The notes below the pieces were generated by a model, which did not search any database, was not told the DNA's origin, and saw nothing but the letters and a program-made list of their open reading frames with translations. A stretch of 64,000 nucleotides of DNA from Planctomycetaceae bacterium (GTDB lineage: Bacteria > Planctomycetota > Planctomycetia > Planctomycetales > Planctomycetaceae): the NCBI GenBank assembly GCA_041398725.1, contig JAWKUE010000003.1, positions 339,263 through 403,262 of the forward strand, written 5' to 3'. This document shows positions 57,484 to 64,000 of this stretch, one piece after another; the stretch's first letter is position 1, and every line of letters begins with the position of its first letter. The translations under genes and the position numbers were made by a program.

Positions 57484-58596
57484 ATGAAGCCCGTGCTTGC
57501 AATAACTGCCGGAGATATCGCAGGGATTGGCCCCGAGGTGATTCTGCGGGCGCTCGCGCTCGCAGAAACATCGAACGTGTGTCATCCGGTGTTGATCGGC
57601 CATCCGGAGATTTTTTATCGAGCCGCTGCGATCTTTGGGTTGACGAATTCACTGCAGGAAATAAACCCTGAAGTGCTGTCGCCGGAAAGATTTCGCAATG
57701 CTGTGAGTGCGGCAGCGGGACAAAAAATTGTGTTATGTGTGAATCCTGCCGGAGACGACGTGCTGTCGGCATTGCCGGGCTGCGTGAGTCGCGCCGCAGG
57801 CGACGCAGCCTTTCGCTATCTGGATGCCGCGATCGATTTAGCCAAACGGACCGCGGTCGATGCCATTGCGACGGCACCGCTCAACAAAGAATCGCTGCAC
57901 ATGGCCGGGCATCTGTATCCCGGTCACACCGAGGTTCTTGCAGAGCGGTGTGGTGTCGCTGAATATGCGATGATGCTGCATTTGCCGGAATCCGCAATGA
58001 CAACCTGGCGTCAGCTGATCCGCCCGTTTTCCCGAGGCGATCATGCCGTCAACGAGACTGCTCCGTTGTGTGGGCTCAGTATTGCCCACGTGACGTTGCA
58101 TACGGCCATCAGCCGTGTGCCGGGAATGCTTACGCAGTCATCGATTGTGGAAAAGATTCGCCTGATGGATCGATTTCTCGAGCGGATTCACTGTCAGCGG
58201 CGTGCCATTGCGGTGTGTGCATTGAATCCGCATGGCGGGGAAAATGGTTTGTTTGGCGATGAGGAGTCTCGTTACATTCGACCGGCAATAGACTCTTGTG
58301 TGGCCGATGTAAAGAATGTCACAGGTCCCCTGCCTGTCGATACTCTGATTCGTCGTGCAGTGAGCGGCGAGTTTGATGGTGTTATCGCCATGTACCATGA
58401 TCAGGGCCACATCCCGGTAAAACTGATCGGATTCGACGCGGCGGTCAATATCACACTTGGATTGCCGATCGTGCGCACCAGTCCGACTCACGGCACTGCA
58501 TTCGACCGCGCATGGAATCCGAAATCTCCAGCTGATTGTTCCGGGATGGTGGAAGCCATCAGGATCGCGGCAGAGCTTGCGCAACACGACTGGTAA
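57484..58596 (+). CDS. pdxA: 4-hydroxythreonine-4-phosphate dehydrogenase
   Basis: MKPVLAITAGDIAGIGPEV, TAPLNKESL..GHTE, ALNPHGGENGLFG, AMYHDQGHIPVK and VRTSPTHGTAFD are collinear with PdxA. Confidence 0.9.
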   Translation: MKPVLAITAGDIAGIGPEVILRALALAETSNVCHPVLIGHPEIFYRAAAIFGLTNSLQEINPEVLSPERFRNAVSAAAGQKIVLCVNPAGDDVLSALPGCVSRAAGDAAFRYLDAAIDLAKRTAVDAIATAPLNKESLHMAGHLYPGHTEVLAERCGVAEYAMMLHLPESAMTTWRQLIRPFSRGDHAVNETAPLCGLSIAHVTLHTAISRVPGMLTQSSIVEKIRLMDRFLERIHCQRRAIAVCALNPHGGENGLFGDEESRYIRPAIDSCVADVKNVTGPLPVDTLIRRAVSGEFDGVIAMYHDQGHIPVKLIGFDAAVNITLGLPIVRTSPTHGTAFDRAWNPKSPADCSGMVEAIRIAAELAQHDW

Positions 58597-58670
58597 TTCC
58601 GCGTTCTTGTCCAGCCGGTTGCAAGATCGCTGCGTCTGCGAATGACACCGCAGGCCTCAACGACAAAACG

Positions 58671-59336
58671 TTACAACCCGGGAGGCCAGTCGCCTTCGGG
58701 GGAACTGAAACCCGAAGGGCCGTTTTCTTCATCTGCGGGTGGTGGCGGTGGCGGATTTCTCAGTCGTTCCTGGAACTGCTGAAACGAATGGTTCATTGAA
58801 TCCAGGAGTCGCTGGGCATTGGCAGACGCCATGAACACCCGCTGAGAAACAGACGAGCGGGGAAAGAAAGTCGTGATGAAGTCGAAAGAGAATTCGGTCG
58901 GCGAATGTCCAATCATTACGGCATTCGCGTACGTACCCGATTGTACGTCGTCGCTGATTTTCAGGGTCTCATAGAGATCCTGAGCCGACTGACGCGATTG
59001 CTGATTCTGGTTAGGAATCGTCGGCATATGAATCGGACCGAAGCGATCTTCATAACGATGAATATTCTCCTGAAGCGCCAGAATAAACTGATGTACCACG
59101 GCTGGTGGCATGACGATTCGGGCAACGACCTGCTGTGGCTGCTGCATGCGGAGCAGAAAATCCAGGATGAACTCATGCTGCCCCTGCAACACAACAGCAC
59201 CAGTTGTGAAAACACCGCGGGCCACATGCGATGGTACGAGAGCACCGATATGTGAGTGACGGATCTCCTGGCTTTGGGGGCCATCATTCTGTGATGATTC
59301 TTCTGAGGGGTCGTCCGGGTTCGGCGGATCTATCAT
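58671..59336 (-). CDS. Protein with two DUF3467-like repeats
   Basis: It has two copies of the pattern (T)GAVVLQGQHEFILDF..VVARIVMPP / YANAVMIGHSPTEFSFDF..SQRVFMAS. Start set at ATG 59336. Confidence 0.65.
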   Translation of the reverse strand: MIDPPNPDDPSEESSQNDGPQSQEIRHSHIGALVPSHVARGVFTTGAVVLQGQHEFILDFLLRMQQPQQVVARIVMPPAVVHQFILALQENIHRYEDRFGPIHMPTIPNQNQQSRQSAQDLYETLKISDDVQSGTYANAVMIGHSPTEFSFDFITTFFPRSSVSQRVFMASANAQRLLDSMNHSFQQFQERLRNPPPPPPADEENGPSGFSSPEGDWPPGL

Positions 59337-59465
59337 TGTGATTGCGTCTTCGATTTTATCTCGGGAGCCTGAATTTTGGCATGGCAGTGTTTGCCCCAGC
59401 AAAAAGGCTTAGCGTCGCGAGGACGCTAAGCCTTCCGCATTGTATCGAAACCCGGCGGCAAATTG

Positions 59466-59825
59466 CTAGGAATTTGGCTGGCCTTTCACACGCTTGCGAA
59501 CGTCCGTCTCAAGAACGCCGAACGCCTGTTCATGCCGCTGAAGTGCCATCGACAACGCACTCCACAAACGCTTTGCTGTAAAGTGATTCAGAATAATTCG
59601 CTGAGTTACCTTCACTTCGACCTTACCCGTCGCATACGGCGTTGGGTTCAGACCAAGGTCCAGAATCAGTTCTTCAGGAGTGCTGGACACTCGACAGAAA
59701 TTTGCGTACCCGGCATTCGCATGGGCGTCCGTCACGACAACTTCCTGAGTCTGCTGTGCTTCTGCTCCCCGACCTGGTTCAGCATCCGGTCCGTTATCAC
59801 TATCGCTCACGTTCGTATTCTCCAA
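59466..59825 (-). CDS. DUF3467-family protein
   Basis: YANFCRVSSTPEELILDLGLNP..VKVTQRIILNHFTAKRL..AL..H..AFG matches the DUF3467 pattern. Confidence 0.65.
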   Translation of the reverse strand: MENTNVSDSDNGPDAEPGRGAEAQQTQEVVVTDAHANAGYANFCRVSSTPEELILDLGLNPTPYATGKVEVKVTQRIILNHFTAKRLWSALSMALQRHEQAFGVLETDVRKRVKGQPNS

Positions 59826-60022
59826 AATTGAGTCACTTAATTACCGTTCGAACCCTGAAGTCCGAACACAAGGTTCTACAGGTCGAAGACTTATAACAAT
59901 GCCACGAGCTTGCCGGTACAACGACGAGGTACCGGAGCGCTTCACGCGACTGCGCTCGCCAGATACAGCATCGGCCGCGAAGGATGGAGCATCGAGCCAA
60001 TATCCCGAGGAAAATAGCGGCG

Positions 60023-61654
60023 TTATTTCTTTTGGGGGGCCGAATAAGGCGACTTATCAAAAGTTGCACAGTCACCCGTGACACGGGGATCGCCGGAATC
60101 CTTTAAGATTTTCATGAGTCGCTCTGAGAGTTCGCCGCGGATCGCAGCATATTCGGCGTTATCGGCTACGTTGTGGACCTGATCGGGATCAGCCTTGATG
60201 TCGTAGAGTTCTTCCTCAGGCCTCCGTGAAAAGCCCATATCGATGAAATTTTGATAACGCGGATCAGCCAGGCCTTCGGTGAGCAGCCAGGCCTTGGCTG
60301 GGCTCGCGTCCATATCCGCAAAAGCTGCGTATGTAGTGTTGGTCAGTTCGTTGGACGCGGGCATTGGACCATCGGGCAGGCCAAAGCCCGGCGCCAAGCC
60401 CATCGGCCAGCGATCAGGTTTGAAATTTCGCACATAGAGGTAATCAGCCGTTCGAATTGCCCGCTGTGGATACGGCAAAAAATCGTGTCGTGCGTGCGAC
60501 ACATGCCGCTCGCGTCCAGTGACAACATGGTCGCGGCGCGGATCGATTAATCCATTTTCTGAAGATTCAAGAACCATGCTCAGGCTGCGGGCGGTCATCA
60601 CTTCGGGCACGGGGACATGTCCGAATTCCAGCAAAGTAGGCGCGAGATCAGGGACACATACGAAATCGTCAACAACGCGGCCGAGCGGAATGTGGCCGGG
60701 CCAGCTGATTGCCAGTGCGACGGCGGTGCCTGAATCGTACAAATTGCATTTGCCCCGCGGCACACCTGGCATTCCATGATCTCCGGAAATGACGATGAGC
60801 GTATTCGCCGCAAGGCCGGTTGATTCAAGTTCTTCCAGCAACACACCAAGTCCGGCGTCGACGGCCTGTACTTCGCCGAGATAGTCGGCAACGTCTTCAC
60901 GTACCACAGGAACATCGGGTAACCACTTCGGAAGTTTACCGATAAGATGATCGGGATCGATCCCCCACAACTGTTTGCCGGATCCCTGAACCCATTTGCG
61001 ATGTGTGTTGGTAGGTCCCCACCAATACAGAAAGGGCGAATCATCCTTCCTTGTTTCTAAGAAGGATATAAAGTTGCCGCGAACTTCATCCAGCAATTCC
61101 CGTTTCCCCTGCTCGGGTGCCGCTGCTTCCGACACGTGCTGTGAGAACCTGTTGAATTTATTTCCATGTCTGTTAAAGGCCGTGGACTGAGCGCCGATCG
61201 GGGCATTGGCGGGCGTCCCGGGGCTCCAAACCTTTCCGGAGTGCCCAATCTGATAGCCGGATTGCTGCAGCAATAATGGAAACGCAGGAATAGCCGGATC
61301 CCATATGGCGCCGTGCAGAATAGCGCCCAGTCCGGTTCGCCAGAAATACTGTCCGGACAGCAAAGAACTTCGACAGGGGGTGCAGGACGGACTGTTTACA
61401 AATGCGCGCGTGAACAAGACTCCCTGAGCCGCAACACGATCAAAATTCGGCGTCTTGACGACAGCGTTCAGGCCGTCTGGTTCAGAAAATCCGTAGGCAC
61501 TGGCGTAGCGTCCCCAGTCGTCGGCAAAGACAACGAGCATATTCGGTCGGTCCGCAGCGTCAGCGCTGTCCACCTCGAATCCACCCGCCAGCAGTCCACA
61601 CAGAATCAATAATGAACGCACGCACGATCGATGGCGACTGCATTTCTCAGTCAT
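60023..61654 (-). CDS. Sulfatase (formylglycine-dependent, Cys-type)
   Basis: A signal peptide precedes [12 protein letters not shown] and the C-x-P-x-R motif [12 protein letters not shown], with GDHGMPG downstream. Start set at ATG 61654. Confidence 0.85.
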   Translation of the reverse strand: MTEKCSRHRSCVRSLLILCGLLAGGFEVDSADAADRPNMLVVFADDWGRYASAYGFSEPDGLNAVVKTPNFDRVAAQGVLFTRAFVNSPSCTPCRSSLLSGQYFWRTGLGAILHGAIWDPAIPAFPLLLQQSGYQIGHSGKVWSPGTPANAPIGAQSTAFNRHGNKFNRFSQHVSEAAAPEQGKRELLDEVRGNFISFLETRKDDSPFLYWWGPTNTHRKWVQGSGKQLWGIDPDHLIGKLPKWLPDVPVVREDVADYLGEVQAVDAGLGVLLEELESTGLAANTLIVISGDHGMPGVPRGKCNLYDSGTAVALAISWPGHIPLGRVVDDFVCVPDLAPTLLEFGHVPVPEVMTARSLSMVLESSENGLIDPRRDHVVTGRERHVSHARHDFLPYPQRAIRTADYLYVRNFKPDRWPMGLAPGFGLPDGPMPASNELTNTTYAAFADMDASPAKAWLLTEGLADPRYQNFIDMGFSRRPEEELYDIKADPDQVHNVADNAEYAAIRGELSERLMKILKDSGDPRVTGDCATFDKSPYSAPQKK

Positions 61655-61839
61655 CGATCCTGATTTGACTCGATATGAGCCCGTCGCTGCCGGATTCGAA
61701 TGGCGTGCCTTCAACTTGAATTTCATGCTCATGATATCTTTCGCCATCTGCTGATGTTATTTGCCAACCGACTTCAGATAAGGAGGCCTCAGAAAAGTAG
61801 TCAGGAACCAACAGTGCACAGGACCATCGGACCATGTGG

Positions 61840-62820
61840 TTATTGGTATCTGACCCCTGTCCTGAGGTCAACAAATCCATCCCCGTCCTCTAACGGATAT
61901 CCATTAACGAACGAACGACCATCGACTGCTTTTCGACCTTCTGGCTGGAGTTTCAAAATTTCCAGCCAGCCATCACCGGTGCTGACAAGCATTTTTCCCT
62001 GATGTGCCTGAACTCGACCGGGCGCGTCCGCTGTTGGTAACGAGCCGAGATCAGGTGTTGCGACCTGTAACACGATACACCGTAACGGAGTCTGTCCCCG
62101 TCGCTGCAATACGGAAGATGCCTTTGGCCACGGTTGCATCGCCCGGATATGGCAATCAATCGAATGGGACGATGCTGACCAGTCGATAACACCGCTGTCC
62201 CGCGGAATTTTTGGGGCAAGCGTTACCAACGCTGCATCCTGAGGTTCAAATACCGCAACCCCCGCTTCCAGTTTCTGTACCGACTCAAGAACCAGAGGTA
62301 CACAGAGGTCTGCGAGACGCAACATAAGTTCTCCCGAAGTTTCTGTGGCACCGACTTCGGTTTTAACAACACCGATCATTGGACCGGAGTCCAGCGATGG
62401 TTCTATTTTAAAAATTGTCACGCCGGTGACCGAATCGCCGCGCCAGATCGAATATTGAACAGGGGCCGCACCACGGTGCCGGGGCAGCAGCGAGCCATGC
62501 AGATTGAATGCGCCGAGTCGTGGAATGGCCAGAAGTTCCGGTTTCAGAATCTGGCCGTAGGCAGCAACGATGAACACGTCTGAATTCAGCGATGTCAGTG
62601 TCTCCAGCATTTCCGGACGATTGACACGCTCAGGCTGGAACACGGGGACTGACGCCGCAGCTGCAAGTTCCTTAACCGGATTGATATGTTGATGATGCCC
62701 GCGCCCCGTTTTGTCGGGTTGTGTCAGCACGCCGACGATCTGATGTTCCGAATTTATGAGCGCACGAAAGGCCGGAACGGCAAATTCTCCGGTTCCCATC
62801 AAAACGATTCTCAACGACAT
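61840..62820 (-). CDS. fmt: Methionyl-tRNA formyltransferase
   Basis: MSLRIVLMGTGEFAVP, VLTQPDK, NLHGSLLPRHRGAAPVQYSIW.GD..TGVTIF and a C-terminal tRNA-binding domain are present. Confidence 0.9.
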   Translation of the reverse strand: MSLRIVLMGTGEFAVPAFRALINSEHQIVGVLTQPDKTGRGHHQHINPVKELAAAASVPVFQPERVNRPEMLETLTSLNSDVFIVAAYGQILKPELLAIPRLGAFNLHGSLLPRHRGAAPVQYSIWRGDSVTGVTIFKIEPSLDSGPMIGVVKTEVGATETSGELMLRLADLCVPLVLESVQKLEAGVAVFEPQDAALVTLAPKIPRDSGVIDWSASSHSIDCHIRAMQPWPKASSVLQRRGQTPLRCIVLQVATPDLGSLPTADAPGRVQAHQGKMLVSTGDGWLEILKLQPEGRKAVDGRSFVNGYPLEDGDGFVDLRTGVRYQ

Positions 62821-63239
62821 TGTGCGGAACTCTGACTTACAGGCATTTCGTGGTTAACACTCGTACGGTACAGGCAGATCAACGATGTGTTTGTGAAAAG
62901 GCTCCGGCGCCCGCTGGTCAATGACACACCGGCTTTTGCACTTCAAACAAGGGGGCAGGAACCGATTGTGTGCAGCACCCTTCGGACGATTGGGCAATTA
63001 ATTCCAGGTCCCTGTTCTGAGACGCAACAGATCACTTGATACAGAATGATGTTCATATTACGTCAAACAGTATTGGGGGCGATGGAATGTCGCAAGCGCC
63101 AGCGGAATACTCGGGATAATTTGCAGCGATTCCATAGCAGCCTTGCGCGATACGGGGAAAATGGGAATCCACTGAGTCGATCGAGTTGTGTTCTGACTCC
63201 CATGGAAGGCTTCGTTGAAATCAAAAGAGGGGATGAATT

Positions 63240-63306
63240 GTCGTGGACGAGGCCACGAGTCTCTGCCGTTGCAGGTCTGACCGGGACTCGTCGCCGCGTC
63301 CACTAC
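63240..63306. repeat. REP-like palindromic element, copy 3
   Basis: Arms are GTCGTGGACGAGGCCACGAGTCTC (63240-63263) and GGGACTCGTCGCCGCGTCCACTAC (63283-63306). The loop is nearly identical to that of copy 2. Confidence 0.85.
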
Positions 63307-63471
63307 CTCCAAAATTTTTTAATGGGGCATCAGGTCGCCGCGATTAACGCATTTGCAGGACACAGATTTCTGCAATTTGAATTCCTCAGCAATCACTGTT
63401 AAGCTCAACAACGCACGTCAGTGCTGCTGACGCACCCCCGTCCTACGGTCCTTCCCACATCGAACTTTCCA

Positions 63472-64000
63472 ATGTCCGCATCAGAGCCCGAACTACCTCC
63501 CCGCTTGTTGTCGATTGACCAGCTTCGAGGGTATGCGATATTCGGCATGATCCTCGTCAATGCGAAAGGTATGTTCGGTGTAAAAATCGACCAGTTGAGT
63601 CACCATCAGAACTATTTTACGTATGCGGATACGGTCGCCCCGATATTCATGTTTGTGGTAGGGCTCAGTATGCGATTGTCCTGGCTGCGGCGGAGTAAGG
63701 TCGCTGGCGCAGTGGCTACGCGGAAGGCTATGGCCAGGCGTTTTTCGATTTTGGTTCTGATTGCCTTCGCGCTTTACATGGGGTGGCTCTGGGACGCTCT
63801 CATGGACATTGGTCTGGCCGGGCTTTTGGCTGTTGCGTTTATCGACAAATCGGCCATCGTAAGAGCTGGTGCCGCGAGCTGTATGGCGCTGGCCTATCAG
63901 GCACTCGTCAGCTTTACGGTTTATGGGCCGTGGGTCATGCGGACGACAAAGCTCACCGAGGAAAATATCCCGTATCTTTTCAAATGGATTCCGTATCGTT
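63472..64000 (+). CDS. DUF1624/DUF5009-type (heparan-alpha-glucosaminide N-acetyltransferase-like) membrane protein, 5' part (runs off the window)
   Basis: It is absent from the ORF track because no stop is reached. The ATG is at 63472, and the frame stays open to 64000. The N-terminal motif RLLSIDQLRGYAIFGMILVN and successive TM helices are typical of this acyltransferase-3-like family. Confidence 0.6.
   Translation, partial: MSASEPELPPRLLSIDQLRGYAIFGMILVNAKGMFGVKIDQLSHHQNYFTYADTVAPIFMFVVGLSMRLSWLRRSKVAGAVATRKAMARRFSILVLIAFALYMGWLWDALMDIGLAGLLAVAFIDKSAIVRAGAASCMALAYQALVSFTVYGPWVMRTTKLTEENIPYLFKWIPYR

Overview
The window looks like a Planctomycetota chromosome segment. This is inferred from two large PSCyt1/DUF1549/DUF1553 proteins, a Cys-type sulfatase, several Tat-signal enzymes and DUF3467/DUF4058-type genes. 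All family calls come from reading the translated ORFs by eye; no searches were run.

Core genes I recognise:
- rpsT, murQ, an icd-type dehydrogenase, yaiI, pdxA and fmt
- a tmRNA gene (ssrA, minus strand, 52763-53115)
- a PAS/GAF hybrid histidine kinase with downstream regulators

Two accessory patches stand out.
- Patch 1 (24.4-34.7 kb). A 3.28-kb element encoding a tyrosine recombinase plus an IS91-type HUH-Y2 transposase has split a response-regulator/HATPase gene, and in-silico excision restores one ORF. The element contains a perfect (AAC)22 microsatellite at the recombinase/transposase junction. Further along are an 88-bp palindrome abutting a 5'-truncated GNAT toxin remnant, a 1.9-kb IS with orfA/orfB overlapping at a C6T6 run, and a gene frameshifted at a C7 run.
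- Patch 2 (about 38.2-52.8 kb). This mosaic stretch abuts the 3' end of ssrA. It carries TA-like pairs (DUF433/DUF5615, and a small protein plus Pol-beta nucleotidyltransferase) and a HEAT-NTase-NTase operon with overlapping genes. It also has several pseudogenes (HNH, DUF1801, and truncated paralogues) and unusual non-coding structure. That structure comprises two tandem ORF-free 328-bp repeats, a cluster of 16-bp iteron-like repeats in an ORF-poor 0.9 kb, and 190-bp direct repeats flanking a DUF4058 gene.

A 67-bp REP-like palindrome occurs three times (1.15, 52.46 and 63.24 kb). I saw no rRNA, canonical tRNA or CRISPR array. Most long antisense ORFs in the track are shadows of the genes listed.
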